Positions 1-9,599 of a stretch of DNA of 64,000 nt are shown piece by piece. The notes under the pieces were generated by a model. It did no database searches. It had not been told where the DNA came from and saw only the letters and a list, made by a program, of their open reading frames with translations. Position numbers and translations under genes: made by a program. The stretch comes from Patescibacteria group bacterium (GTDB lineage: Bacteria; Patescibacteriota; Minisyncoccia; Phycocordibacterales; Phycocordibacteraceae). Where the stretch lies: the NCBI GenBank assembly GCA_038064495.1, contig JBBTSZ010000002.1:480002-544001 (forward strand). Reading direction: 5' to 3'. How positions within the stretch are numbered: the first letter of the stretch is position 1; each line of letters opens with the position of its first letter.

Positions 1-494
1 CACTCATCGTCCTTGCCTGGCTTCCTACCCTCTTTGTCCCGTTCCTCTTGTTCGTTACGAAAGCCATTCAGCACGCGGACCAAGTGGCCGCCCTTTCACT
101 CGCCTTTAGTCCGCTTGGTCGTATGGTATACGGGCTCTGGCTCGTCATGCTGTGGAGTGCTGCTTTCAACACGCTCACTCGGTGGTACTTAAACGAATGG
201 ATTATCACGACCAACCGTATTATTGAAATACATCAGTACGGCTACTTCAGTAGAGAAGTTTCAAGTCTGCTTCTCATTCGTATTCAAGATGTGAATACGA
301 ACGTAGACGGTTTGTTTGGCACACTCCTTGGCTACGGACAGCTTGAAGTACAAAGTGCTGGTACGGAGGAGCATTTCATTATGGAGGATGCCCCTGACCC
401 TGCAGGACTACGCGACCTTATTATGCGAGAAATAACCGCACTCCATGGCACGGGTGGCGCCGTTGTCGGGGGTGTTTCCGTAACAAACCTATGA
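1..494 (+). CDS. Membrane protein with C-terminal bacterial PH (bPH_2/YdbT-like) domain; 5' end runs off the window
   Basis: The frame is open from nt 3 with no upstream stop; the annotated start at 48 is TTG. The N-terminus is hydrophobic. The C-terminal region (YGYFSREVSSLLLIRIQDV...GQLEV) looks like membrane-flanked PH-like domain proteins. Confidence 0.45.
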   Translation, partial: LIVLAWLPTLFVPFLLFVTKAIQHADQVAALSLAFSPLGRMVYGLWLVMLWSAAFNTLTRWYLNEWIITTNRIIEIHQYGYFSREVSSLLLIRIQDVNTNVDGLFGTLLGYGQLEVQSAGTEEHFIMEDAPDPAGLRDLIMREITALHGTGGAVVGGVSVTNL

Positions 495-988
495 AAACTG
501 CTCAAAAGATAGTTGCCCGAGGCGCTCTCGCGGGAGTGCTTCTCATGATGGTCTCCGTGACTGTGCTCTACGAACTTCTGCCACAAGTAGAGGGAAATAT
601 TCCCGCCTTTATCTACGGTTGTATGGCACTTTCTGTTGTTCCTCTTTTTATTATGATTGCGACCGTTGGAAACAAGCGATTTATGAGTGGGGCGATTAAC
701 CCACTCGCTCATGCGGAAAATAAGGCGATGGAAATAGATGGGCGCGTCGTAGACAATACCCTCCAACAGAACTTTGTGTTTGTGGTCGGGCTTCTTGCAC
801 TTTCCGTGCAACTTCCCTTCCCGCAGATGAAACTACTTCTCGCGCTCTCCATTACCTTTGTCCTTGCACGCCTTGCCTTTTGGTATGGCTATCGGAAAGA
901 TCCGTTGCTGCGCGCGCCCGGGATGGCTGCGACGAGTTATTTGAATCTGTTTATTCTTATTACGGTCCTTTACGCCTTCCTCCGCTAG
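491..988 (+). CDS. Polytopic integral membrane protein (tentatively MAPEG-like)
   Basis: ATGA overlap with the upstream CDS; 4-5 predicted TM helices; 165 aa. Confidence 0.35.
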   Translation: MKTAQKIVARGALAGVLLMMVSVTVLYELLPQVEGNIPAFIYGCMALSVVPLFIMIATVGNKRFMSGAINPLAHAENKAMEIDGRVVDNTLQQNFVFVVGLLALSVQLPFPQMKLLLALSITFVLARLAFWYGYRKDPLLRAPGMAATSYLNLFILITVLYAFLR

Positions 989-1111
989 TTGAGCTTGTTG
1001 AAAAATACGCATCTGCGTTGTTGCTCGCCTCGCTCAAAGCCTCACCGTACCACCTGTACGCCTCGCCTTTTCGCTCGCGGGCGCCTAGCATCTGACCACT
1101 TTTCAGTAACC

Positions 1112-1474
1112 TCAATAATCCTTACCATTTACAGGAGTTCGGACAATTGTTGAGAGGTCTATATCATCCAAACAACGTACGTTTATGGAATACATCGTCG
1201 TTTCAACTCCGTCTTTTGGGAACGTCGCCCAGGTGAAAGACTGCACCCCACAAGTCGGACAAAAGAGATGGTGGATGGTCTTCTTATTAAACAGATAGTC
1301 CGTGAGTTCTTCCATACCTCCCTTCGTAAGACGAAATTGCTCTGGTGGTACAAAGGCGAGCAAGAGCCCCTTCGCCTGGCAGTGTGAGCAGTTACATTCA
1401 ATAACCTTTTCAAGGTCGGTATCAACCTCGTACCGAAAGCGTCCGCAGTGGCATCCTCCTGTGTGAGTTTTCAT
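1112..1474 (-). CDS. GFA/CENP-V family zinc enzyme (glutathione-dependent formaldehyde-activating-like)
   Basis: Cys pattern GGCHCG...CNCSHC...CPTCG is typical of the GFA domain; 120 aa. Confidence 0.75.
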   Translation of the reverse strand: MKTHTGGCHCGRFRYEVDTDLEKVIECNCSHCQAKGLLLAFVPPEQFRLTKGGMEELTDYLFNKKTIHHLFCPTCGVQSFTWATFPKDGVETTMYSINVRCLDDIDLSTIVRTPVNGKDY

Positions 1475-1583
1475 AGCAACATACTAGCACTGCAAGGAAG
1501 CGCGGACGAGGTTGAAACTAGGCTGTTATTGACAATCTGAATATATAATGCTAATATAACATCAGGATTAAGGGAGATTTGAA

Positions 1584-1898
1584 ATGGTTGAAGGATATGA
1601 TTTCGCTGTTTGGGGAACACAAGGTGGCGGTCTCGTCCGGTGGAATGCCGAAAGCCGACGCTATGTCTTCGTTACGACTCCCAACTGCCCCGGCTTGAAC
1701 GTAGGCGATGAGATGCCCGAAGAATGGGATGTTATCGCGGCAAACCGCGAGGCGCGTCGGGCCAGTGAGGAAGCACTCGACTTCCAGATAGGTCTCAGCG
1801 AATTCTACGACGTGCTATTCGCCAAGATCGACGACGGCAGCGTTACGTTGAACCAAGCCGAACGTTTCTTTCCAAAGGATGTGCGTAGTAGTCATTGA
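1584..1898 (+). CDS. Hypothetical protein
   Basis: 104-aa ORF with an AGGGAG-like RBS, followed by a terminator. Confidence 0.4.
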   Translation: MVEGYDFAVWGTQGGGLVRWNAESRRYVFVTTPNCPGLNVGDEMPEEWDVIAANREARRASEEALDFQIGLSEFYDVLFAKIDDGSVTLNQAERFFPKDVRSSH

Positions 1899-1903
1899 TC
1901 ATT

Positions 1904-1950
1904 CGCCCGCCCGTTGAGCCACTCGCTCGCGGGCGGCTCTTCGTTTATTG
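1904..1950 (+). terminator. Intrinsic terminator
   Basis: GC hairpin cgcccgcccg...cgggcgg followed by a T-rich tract. Confidence 0.6.
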
Positions 1951-1999
1951 CTGACTAAGTTGGTTTTAGAACCAAATCCCAATCTGCTACACTGGAGTT

Positions 2000-3280
2000 A
2001 TGACCGACAAGGAGCGACTTTCAACCGAACCCTACAAAGGAGTCCGGGATTTCTATCCAAATGACTGGGCCCAGCTTCAGGCGGTATTTGAAACCCTCCG
2101 AACGACGCTTCGCATGCACGGGTTTGAGGAATACAACGCTTCCCCGCTTGAACCGGCTGAGCTCTACGAAAGCAAGACGAGTGAGGAAATCGTAAGCGAG
2201 CAGACGTTTACATTTACCGACCGTGGCGAGCGGCGCGTCACGCTTCGTCCGGAAATGACTCCGACACTCGCACGCATGGTGGCTGGCAAGCGCCGTGAAC
2301 TCACCTTCCCACTTCGCTGGTTTTCTTTACCAAACCTGTTTCGCTATGAGCGTCCTCAGCGCGGACGCCTGCGTGAGCACTATCAGCTGAACGTTGACCT
2401 CCTTGGCATTCCTGACGCAAAAGCAGATGGTGAGATTATCGTTATCGCTTCTTCTCTTCTGAAAGCATTTGGTGCGTATGATGGTGACTTCACTATCCGC
2501 ATTAATTCTCGTTCACTGATGAACGCAGCGGCAGACGCTCTTGCATATACACCGGAAGAATCAAAGAAGTATCTCCAGCTCCTTGATAAAAAAGCAAAGA
2601 TTTCAGCTGAGGAGTTTGAAACGGCACGAGAAGTGTTCCGCAAAGAGGGTGTGGACGCGCTTGAGTTGATTCTTGCTGGCACGAATACTAACGTGGCAGC
2701 TGAGAAAGAAAAACTGGATGGTCTTATCGCGGCCTTCAGCGCGCGCGGAATGCAGAACGTACTCTACGATCCTTCCATCGTCCGTGGTTTTGATTACTAC
2801 ACCGGTATGGTATTTGAGGTGTACGACACCAACCCTGAAAACACTCGCTCTATGTTTGGTGGTGGCCGCTATGACAACCTCGTCTCACTCTTTGGTGGTG
2901 AGTCTGTGCCAGCGGTTGGTTTTGGTATGGGAGACGTTACCCTCCTTGATTTCCTCACCACGCACGACTACGCGCCAAAAGCTTCCTCAGCTCCCACGCT
3001 CTTTCTTGGCACTCCATCAGAGGGAGATATTGGAGCGGCACAGGAGTTTGCCACCACGCTACGTGAAGAGGCTGGTATCTCGGTGCTCGTGAACATCACC
3101 GGGAAATCACTCGGCGACCAAATCCGTGAAGCAAACAAGCGCTCCATCCCGTATTTCATTGCGTATGGTGCTGAAGAACTTTCAAGCGGGATGATGAAGC
3201 TGAAAAAACTGGATGAAGTTTCTGAAAAGGAAATGGCGGCAGGTGAGGTGCTGGATATTCTTTCACATCTTCCGAAATAA
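2000..3280 (+). CDS. hisS: Histidyl-tRNA synthetase
   Basis: Class II HisRS motifs (GVRDF, RYERPQRGRLREHYQ, GGGRYD) and a C-terminal anticodon-binding domain. Confidence 0.95.
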   Translation: MTDKERLSTEPYKGVRDFYPNDWAQLQAVFETLRTTLRMHGFEEYNASPLEPAELYESKTSEEIVSEQTFTFTDRGERRVTLRPEMTPTLARMVAGKRRELTFPLRWFSLPNLFRYERPQRGRLREHYQLNVDLLGIPDAKADGEIIVIASSLLKAFGAYDGDFTIRINSRSLMNAAADALAYTPEESKKYLQLLDKKAKISAEEFETAREVFRKEGVDALELILAGTNTNVAAEKEKLDGLIAAFSARGMQNVLYDPSIVRGFDYYTGMVFEVYDTNPENTRSMFGGGRYDNLVSLFGGESVPAVGFGMGDVTLLDFLTTHDYAPKASSAPTLFLGTPSEGDIGAAQEFATTLREEAGISVLVNITGKSLGDQIREANKRSIPYFIAYGAEELSSGMMKLKKLDEVSEKEMAAGEVLDILSHLPK

Positions 3281-3300
3281 CATGCGTGGTTCTCATATTT

Positions 3301-3416
3301 CACGCAGAAAGGGCGAGGGATACAAGGCGTGGGCAAACATATTTCTGGAGACGTATGTGCTATACGGCGGAAGAAATTGTTGGGACCCACAACAAAGTAG
3401 CTGCGACCTTTATGCG
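3301..3416 (+). repeat. Copy A of a 3-member structured intergenic element family
   Basis: Shares the core AAGGCGYGGG...GACGTATGTGCTATACG...GGGACCCRCAAC with copies at 32933 and 62943; helices are maintained by compensatory changes. Confidence 0.6.
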
Positions 3417-3990
3417 TGAAATCACGTTTGACATAGAGACAAGAAACCTAATCCCCGCCTTTGCGCGTGGGGACATGACTCGTTTGGACTTGGCCATCGT
3501 CGGCATCCACGATTCTGAAACTGATTTGTATACGAGCTATGCTCAAGAAGAACTCTCACAGCTCTGGCCGATTATTGAGAAAGCCGATGTCCTCATCGGC
3601 TTTAACTCGGATTCCTTTGATATTCCACTTTTGAATCATTATTACCCCGGCGACCTCACGAAGATTCGTTCACTTGATTTACTTTCTGAAGTGTACAAAT
3701 CACTTGGTCGTCGTATCCGCCTACAATCACTCGCCGAGGCAACACTCGGACACGGTAAATCTGCAGACGGCGTGAAAGCGGTAGAGTGGTGGCAACAGGG
3801 GCTCCACGACAAAGTACGCGAGTACTGTCTGCAAGACGTGAAAGTCACCCGTGAGCTCTACGACTACGCACGAAAGCACGGCAAGCTGAAATACAAAGAC
3901 TTGCGCCAAAACAAAGATATTAAAATTGATACGAGTGCCTGGGATGATGCGCACGAGTCTTCCGCCTTCACTCACACCTTAGGACTCTAG
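3412..3990 (+). CDS. RNase H-like 3'-5' exonuclease (DEDD/PolB-exo-like, YprB-type)
   Basis: FDIETRN...D...YCLQDV motifs. The start was chosen at the internal Met because the upstream part of the ORF overlaps repeat copy A. Confidence 0.5.
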   Translation: MREITFDIETRNLIPAFARGDMTRLDLAIVGIHDSETDLYTSYAQEELSQLWPIIEKADVLIGFNSDSFDIPLLNHYYPGDLTKIRSLDLLSEVYKSLGRRIRLQSLAEATLGHGKSADGVKAVEWWQQGLHDKVREYCLQDVKVTRELYDYARKHGKLKYKDLRQNKDIKIDTSAWDDAHESSAFTHTLGL

Positions 3991-4017
3991 TGAAACTGCG
4001 CATGCTATCCTTTTTAT

Positions 4018-4758
4018 ATGGATACGCCGCAATCTGAAGTGCCGCAGGCACCCCTACCAACACGTAAGGTACTAAAGCCTGCAGAGCTTCTCATTCCGAT
4101 TGCCATTTTGATTGCCGGTTTGTTAATTGCGTCTGCAGTCTACGTCGTTCGCATAAAACACCAGGTGACGCATGGAAGTGGTACGCCGGAGGCCGTCAGG
4201 CCTGTTTCGCCGAGTGATCACATCATTGGAAACCCAACGGCACCGATTGTCATTATTGAATACGCGGATATTGATAGTAGCTACTCAAAGAGTCTTCAAC
4301 TCACGATGGAACAGCTCATGACCGAGTACGCCGACGGTGGAAAAGTCGCCTGGGTCTTCCGTCACTTCCCGCTTTCACTTCAACATCCAAACGCGGGTCA
4401 GCACGCACTTGCTGCTGAGTGCGCCGCTTCGCTTTCCGTGCCCACTACATTCTTCCGCTTTATAGATGCCATGCAGGCAGCTGCACCAAACCAAAACCAG
4501 TACAATCCGGTTGGCTACCCAACACTTGTCGCACAGTTTGGTATTGATCAAACGGCCTTTAAGAAATGTATGACGGACGCAGCCTTTGAGAAGAAAATCC
4601 ACGACGACTATGACAACGCGCTTGCCTCCGGTGCTATCGGTTCTCCGTTTGTGGTGCTGATTACCCCTGACAATACGCCCGCTCCCATTAATGGCGCACT
4701 CCCCTATACCTCTATGAAGAAGGTTATCGAGGAGGCTATCAAAAAACTTCCGCAATAA
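4018..4758 (+). CDS. DsbA/BdbD-family thioredoxin-fold protein with N-terminal TM anchor; active-site CxxC replaced by SSYS
   Basis: VIIEYADIDSSYSKS aligns to the family's VEFSDFQCPYCKR; the FRHFPL...H motif and the cis-Pro loop region are conserved. Confidence 0.7.
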   Translation: MDTPQSEVPQAPLPTRKVLKPAELLIPIAILIAGLLIASAVYVVRIKHQVTHGSGTPEAVRPVSPSDHIIGNPTAPIVIIEYADIDSSYSKSLQLTMEQLMTEYADGGKVAWVFRHFPLSLQHPNAGQHALAAECAASLSVPTTFFRFIDAMQAAAPNQNQYNPVGYPTLVAQFGIDQTAFKKCMTDAAFEKKIHDDYDNALASGAIGSPFVVLITPDNTPAPINGALPYTSMKKVIEEAIKKLPQ

Positions 4759-4813
4759 TCTTGCTTTTTACTAGTGTTTGTGGTATTGTGATTTTAGGCA
4801 GAAAGGAGGTGCC

Positions 4814-5044
4814 ATGCTTACACGAACCGTTCTCCGTGAAGGCCGTAAGCGACGTCATATGACGAATCAACCGGCACGGGAGCAAATGGCTGCGATTCTG
4901 TCCGAGTATTATCCTGGTGATGATGTCTTGGAGAGTCTCCGCAGCCAGAATTCTCCTGAAGGAATGGTCAGAGTCCTTGGACTCATGAAAAGGTTCGAGC
5001 AATCTGAACTCCAGTGCAGACCCAAACACCGGGTCGTGCATTAA
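4814..5044 (+). CDS. Hypothetical small protein
   Basis: AGGAGG RBS 6 nt upstream of the ATG; 76 aa. Confidence 0.4.
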   Translation: MLTRTVLREGRKRRHMTNQPAREQMAAILSEYYPGDDVLESLRSQNSPEGMVRVLGLMKRFEQSELQCRPKHRVVH

Positions 5045-5049
5045 CAAAA

Positions 5050-5080
5050 CGGGCGCTCGCGATAATCGCGCGCGCCCACT
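5050..5080. terminator. Bidirectional intrinsic terminator
   Basis: gggcgctcgcgataatcgcgcgcgccc hairpin; a T-run follows on the minus strand. Confidence 0.5.
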
Positions 5081-5101
5081 TCATTATCTATCTACGATTC
5101 C

Positions 5102-5488
5102 TTACGCCGATTCGCGCTGTCCTTCCGTAATATCCATCACTTCCTTTTTGGAAGTTGCAGTTCCTATCACTTCTCCCGATTGATCACTGATGTGTACCAC
5201 GTTTTCGCTTCCAGGAACGCTTTGCATGCGCAAACCAAGTGCTTCAGCAAATCCAGACATATCCTCGTCACTCATAGCTTGCAGTGATTCGGTTGTGTAG
5301 GGAGTTCCAGCCCGCTCAGCCTTGAGCGCAATATGAAAAGCTGCTTGTTTAATGTCTTTATCAGTAAATGTTGTTCCCTCAGTGCTCGACTTCGATGCAA
5401 CCTCTTGCATTTTCGTCTGGAGGAGACCGAACGCATCAGGATCAGTATTTTGCAACTTCGGGCCCGTAAATTTCTCTATAAAACTCAT
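5102..5488 (-). CDS. Hypothetical protein
   Basis: 128-aa ORF immediately downstream of the helicase gene on the same strand. Confidence 0.4.
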   Translation of the reverse strand: MSFIEKFTGPKLQNTDPDAFGLLQTKMQEVASKSSTEGTTFTDKDIKQAAFHIALKAERAGTPYTTESLQAMSDEDMSGFAEALGLRMQSVPGSENVVHISDQSGEVIGTATSKKEVMDITEGQRESA

Positions 5489-5536
5489 GTCAGTGATGGT
5501 TAGTTGTTGTAGGAATATTCTACAACGAGCCTCATT

Positions 5537-8371
5537 CTAGTCAAACAGCGCAAGGAGGTCATCGTAGGCGTCACTGTCGTCTCGCTTTCGCTCCCCTTTT
5601 CGCCATGCCCCGCCCATAAGCTCACCTACAACCTCCTCAAGGGTAGTGAGCAGGTCTTTGCGCGACTCGTCGGTGAGCGGCACTAGGTAATTCGTCACGT
5701 CCTCAGGAGACACCTGGATAATGAGTGCCATGGTCGGGTGGTGGCCATTCTCACGAAGCAGCAAGTCATAGAAGGCAAGCTGGCGGGGATAGGCCTCGTC
5801 TTTTTTATCAATCTTGCTTGAGGTCTTGAAGTCTACAATGCACTCACCTCCTTTCTCCTTAAACACTGCATCAATCATCCCGTACAAAAGCACATCCACA
5901 CCCGAAAATAATTTCTTAACCGAGAATGCTTTTTCTATTGCAACGGTTTCTTCTTTCTTTCCTTCCCGTAGATAGGTCTCGAGGCGCGCACGGGAATTCT
6001 CCACCACACGCTCGTAGGCCGCGTTTCGCGGAAGTAGGGAGCGCTTCAGCGTTCCTTCAAGCACGCTGTATGCTTTGTCCTCACTTCCCGATTTAAGGTA
6101 CTCCGCAATGCCCGCATGCACTGCGGTGCCGATAGCGGTCGCGGGTGTTTCTGGCTCATGGAGCCGAAGTACACGGCGTGCGAAAAAGACTGGAGGTGAT
6201 TCAAGATATTCATTCAACGCTGATGGCGAGAGTCCTTCCTGCGTGAGGTAGGTACGCACCAGGTCAGTCACCACCTGTGCAGACGCTACATTGTGATGGA
6301 GGAGTGGAAGTGGGTCTGCTTCCCTAGTGACCGTGGTGAGACCTTCCGGAATGAGCGCCGAGGGCGCTGTTTCTCTACCATCACCATTTTCACTACTGTA
6401 CGAAAGAATGAGGTTGTCTTTTGCGCGCGTCATCGCGACATAGAAGAGCTTGGTCACGTCTTCAAGCGAACGGGACTGGTCCACCGGTGATGGAATCTTC
6501 GCAGACATACCACCCCTCTCCCAGGCGCGCGCCGTGAGTTCAACCATGAAGACGGTGTTGAACTCCATACCCTTCGCCTTGTGCGCAGTGATGACTGTGA
6601 CCATACCCTCTTTTTTTGTAATTGAGGTCTTCACGCTTTCAAGACCGTGCTCATGGGCTTTCGTGAAAGCCGAAACGACGTTTGCAAACGTGCGTCCCGG
6701 GTCACGCACCACGATTTCTTCAATGTGCATGAAAATACGTCGCATGAGTTGCACATCTTCAAGGTGCTCTGCGCGAGCGAGCATATACGCACGTGCGCCA
6801 GATTCGGTAATGGCACGCGACAGAAGCGGAAGCGGTGCCTCAGAAAGTGCGTCTTTTTGTAGCTTACTGAGAATCTTCGCAATGTCGCGGTACTCCGTGA
6901 TAAGCGTCGTAAAAAGCTCGCGGTCGCGGTTTTTGAGGAGGAGTCCCGCGCGCTCCGGAAGCGGCAGGTCCCACCAGGGGGCGAGCAGCGTCTCACGAAG
7001 GGCTGAGATATCAAGCGGGTCGGAAATGGTACGCATGAGCGCAAGAATAGAGCGCATCAGTGGTCGACTGGATAGTTTTACATCACCCGCGCGCAGTACC
7101 GGAATGCCTTTGCCTCTCAAATGCTCAGCGAAGAGGTCTGCGGTTGCGTTCCGGTTTGCGATAATCGCCACCTCTTCAGGTGCGACACCTTTGGCAAGAG
7201 TTTCTTCAACCATGACTGCGACCGCATCGCGCTCCGCGAGCGGATCTCCTGCAACGAGTAGTTCCATACGTGCACTGCCGGTTCGAGTACTTGTGAGTTC
7301 CTGATGTTTACCTGTTGCAGCAGGAACACTTTGTATGAGTGTGTGTGACGTATCAAGCAGACCTTGGAGCGCACGAAAGCTGTCCGTGAGGTAGACAAGT
7401 TCGGTTCGTGGATAGAGCTCGGTGAATCTCTTGAAGTGCGTAGAGTCTGCTCCCTGAAAGCGATAAATGGCTTGCTTTTCATCCCCCACCACAAAAAGGT
7501 TCGGGTGGTCATCAAGTGCAAACGTATCCAGAAGCGCGTGTTGGAGCTCGTTGGCATCCTGGTGCTCGTCAGCAAGAAGATACTGGTACTGCTCCCGCAC
7601 GCTCGCCATGAGGTCTGCGTCCGCTTTGAGCCCATCAACCGCAATGCGCAGCACATCAGCAAAATCATACACATCGTTCTTCTCTTTGAGTGCCTCGTAT
7701 GCGGAAATGAGCCTCGCGGCTTCCTCACCTTTTTCAAGGCGCTCTAGTTTCTTTTCACCTTCTGGTTTGAAGTCACCTTTCTTGCCGTACTTGCTGTCAC
7801 GCAGGTAGTAGAGCGACTCGTCCGCACGAATGCGCTTCGCTTCGCCTTCTAACCACACACGGTAGTCTGCTAGCGTAATGCGCTCGCGCACGAAGTCGTC
7901 ACGAAGTCGTGCGAGGTCGCGCAGATAAAAATAGGGTGACTTTGTGGTGCGGAGTGCTTGCAGGTCTTCCTGCTCAAGCACTTCTCGCCAGAGCAGTGTG
8001 GTCTCCACTTCCGCAGCAAGGCGCTTACCACGCGCTTCCGGGAAGGAGTCGCTATAGGTAGAAAGCAGGTGCTCGGCAAATCCGTGAAAAGTGGTGATGA
8101 AAACTTCCCGCGCGACAGCTTCACCTACGAGTTCCCCAAGGCGGCTGCGTACTGTGCGAGCCGCGGAATCCGTGAAGGTAAGGACGAGAATATTCCCCGG
8201 AGTTGCCTGCGTCTTCTGAAGAATGTTCGCAATGCGTAGCGTGAGAATGTGCGTCTTGCCGGTACCGGGTCCTGCTATGACGAGGACTGGCCCTTCTACC
8301 GTGTCCACCGCTTTCTTTTGGGCAGCGTTGAGTTCTCTGTATGCCTTGGTGAATGCGGTCGGGTCTGCCAT
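5537..8371 (-). CDS. UvrD/PcrA-family SF1 helicase with C-terminal RecB/Cas4-like PD-(D/E)xK nuclease domain
   Basis: Walker A GPGTGKTH at the N-terminus, UvrD helicase motifs, and a C-terminal ...CIVDFKTS... nuclease motif with Cys residues. Confidence 0.85.
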   Translation of the reverse strand: MADPTAFTKAYRELNAAQKKAVDTVEGPVLVIAGPGTGKTHILTLRIANILQKTQATPGNILVLTFTDSAARTVRSRLGELVGEAVAREVFITTFHGFAEHLLSTYSDSFPEARGKRLAAEVETTLLWREVLEQEDLQALRTTKSPYFYLRDLARLRDDFVRERITLADYRVWLEGEAKRIRADESLYYLRDSKYGKKGDFKPEGEKKLERLEKGEEAARLISAYEALKEKNDVYDFADVLRIAVDGLKADADLMASVREQYQYLLADEHQDANELQHALLDTFALDDHPNLFVVGDEKQAIYRFQGADSTHFKRFTELYPRTELVYLTDSFRALQGLLDTSHTLIQSVPAATGKHQELTSTRTGSARMELLVAGDPLAERDAVAVMVEETLAKGVAPEEVAIIANRNATADLFAEHLRGKGIPVLRAGDVKLSSRPLMRSILALMRTISDPLDISALRETLLAPWWDLPLPERAGLLLKNRDRELFTTLITEYRDIAKILSKLQKDALSEAPLPLLSRAITESGARAYMLARAEHLEDVQLMRRIFMHIEEIVVRDPGRTFANVVSAFTKAHEHGLESVKTSITKKEGMVTVITAHKAKGMEFNTVFMVELTARAWERGGMSAKIPSPVDQSRSLEDVTKLFYVAMTRAKDNLILSYSSENGDGRETAPSALIPEGLTTVTREADPLPLLHHNVASAQVVTDLVRTYLTQEGLSPSALNEYLESPPVFFARRVLRLHEPETPATAIGTAVHAGIAEYLKSGSEDKAYSVLEGTLKRSLLPRNAAYERVVENSRARLETYLREGKKEETVAIEKAFSVKKLFSGVDVLLYGMIDAVFKEKGGECIVDFKTSSKIDKKDEAYPRQLAFYDLLLRENGHHPTMALIIQVSPEDVTNYLVPLTDESRKDLLTTLEEVVGELMGGAWRKGERKRDDSDAYDDLLALFD

Positions 8372-8478
8372 GCACTCATTCTACCCCGAGTCATTGTTTC
8401 TGCATTTTCCGCACTCAGTGCTCTATATATATGAAAACCCCTCGCTTGTTGCCAAGCGAGGGGCTGGGGAAAGAGCAA

Positions 8479-8643
8479 TCAGTTGCCGGTCGAGCGCGTT
8501 TCCGGGCCAATCGTGCTGGTGTTATGCAGCTTGGTGTTGAGCGAATTCCACGCCGCGATGGCAGCGACCGCGATCAAGGCAGCGATGAGACCGTATTCAA
8601 TTGCAGTCGCGCCATTTGTTGCCTTCCAAAACCTTTTGAACAT
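8479..8643 (-). CDS. flp: Flp/Fap-family type IVb pilin
   Basis: 54 aa: MFKRFWKATNG/ATAIEYGLIAALIAV..., with the canonical G/xxxxEY prepilin motif and AGGAGA RBS. Confidence 0.8.
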   Translation of the reverse strand: MFKRFWKATNGATAIEYGLIAALIAVAAIAAWNSLNTKLHNTSTIGPETRSTGN

Positions 8644-8680
8644 GAATGTTCTCCTGACTGAGGGCGTTCGCGAAAGCGAA

Positions 8681-8842
8681 CTACCGGTTGTTGACGCTGA
8701 TGTCGGTCGCAATCACCTTCGGCGGATTGTTGGCTTGGATAGCCGCAATGGCTGCAACACTGATAAGCGCTGCAATGAGGCCAATTTCAATCGGCGTAAC
8801 CGATTCCTTAGCCGAGCGGAAAAGATCTTTGAACTTGCTCAT
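8681..8842 (-). CDS. flp: Flp/Fap-family pilin (second tandem copy; ORF below the 60-aa track cutoff)
   Basis: Manual translation gives MSKFKDLFRSAKESVTPIEIGLIAALISVAAIAA...; TAG stop at 8681. Confidence 0.7.
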   Translation of the reverse strand: MSKFKDLFRSAKESVTPIEIGLIAALISVAAIAAIQANNPPKVIATDISVNNR

Positions 8843-8885
8843 GTGAATCTCCAAAAAGGGCTACCGGCCTAGTGCGCGGTGCTTA

Positions 8886-8916
8886 TTATAATACACCCAT
8901 ATCTTGTATTTGTCAA
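8886..8916 (-). promoter_or_regulatory. Sigma70-like promoter for the pilin genes
   Basis: On the minus strand: TTGACA-17nt-TATTAT(AAT). Confidence 0.5.
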
Positions 8917-8994
8917 TGTCTCATAACGCCTTCCTCCGCGGTGGTTTGTGTAGTATTTTCAACACAGATTGAACAAAACAGAGGGAGATGGGTT

Positions 8995-9540
8995 ATGGAC
9001 AGATATGAGCCAATATTGCTTGTTCCGGTTCTTGAGGAAGGCCCCTACTGGAACCTGCTCGGAATATCGTCGCCTGCCGATAGAGATATCGCCAAGCTCG
9101 ACCATGCAATGAATCTTCACATGAAGTTCTTGCATAACAACTGCACTATCTTTCTTTCAGAACGTTCCGGGAAAGTGGCCTCAAAGCGATTTCAAGGTGC
9201 GATGGAATATGTAGAGATGCATGTACCGCCACATTCTGTAATCACACGGCCACTCATGTATTCTGGGATGTTTGGAGAAGTTCAGACTGCAATTCGGTAT
9301 CTCAAGGAGGAGCCTCAAAACATTCGAAAGGTCATCTTCGTTGGCAACGCTTCACAGCGACCACATATTCTAAGTATTGCGCGAGCGGCGTTCGGCGCAC
9401 ATCAGCTTCGTTCAAGCATGCAGGTGGATGCGCATTCTGAACATGTTGGACTGCTTGCCCGCATTGGCAGTTTTCTTAAATCATTTAGCGAGCCACCGCC
9501 AGCGAACATACCAGCGAAAGCTCCGAAACGAATCTCGTGA
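8995..9540 (+). CDS. Hypothetical protein
   Basis: GAGGGAG RBS; 181 aa starting at the internal Met. Confidence 0.45.
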   Translation: MDRYEPILLVPVLEEGPYWNLLGISSPADRDIAKLDHAMNLHMKFLHNNCTIFLSERSGKVASKRFQGAMEYVEMHVPPHSVITRPLMYSGMFGEVQTAIRYLKEEPQNIRKVIFVGNASQRPHILSIARAAFGAHQLRSSMQVDAHSEHVGLLARIGSFLKSFSEPPPANIPAKAPKRIS

Positions 9541-9560
9541 GTCATCCCTGACCCACTTCC

Positions 9561-9592
9561 CCGGGACGCCTAGGCGTCCCGGTTTTGTTTTA
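9561..9592 (+). terminator. Intrinsic terminator
   Basis: ccgggacgcctaggcgtcccgg followed by ttttgtttt. Confidence 0.7.
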
Positions 9593-9599
9593 TACAAGT

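Noticed and set aside
3213-3419. Protein-coding reading of the repeat family (ORFs 3213-3419 and 32799-33074 share ...TYVLY.G...DPQQ...)
   Set aside because: The similarity follows from the nucleotide repeat. The substitutions preserve base-pairing rather than amino-acid chemistry, copy C has no corresponding ORF, and the ORFs start inside neighbouring genes.
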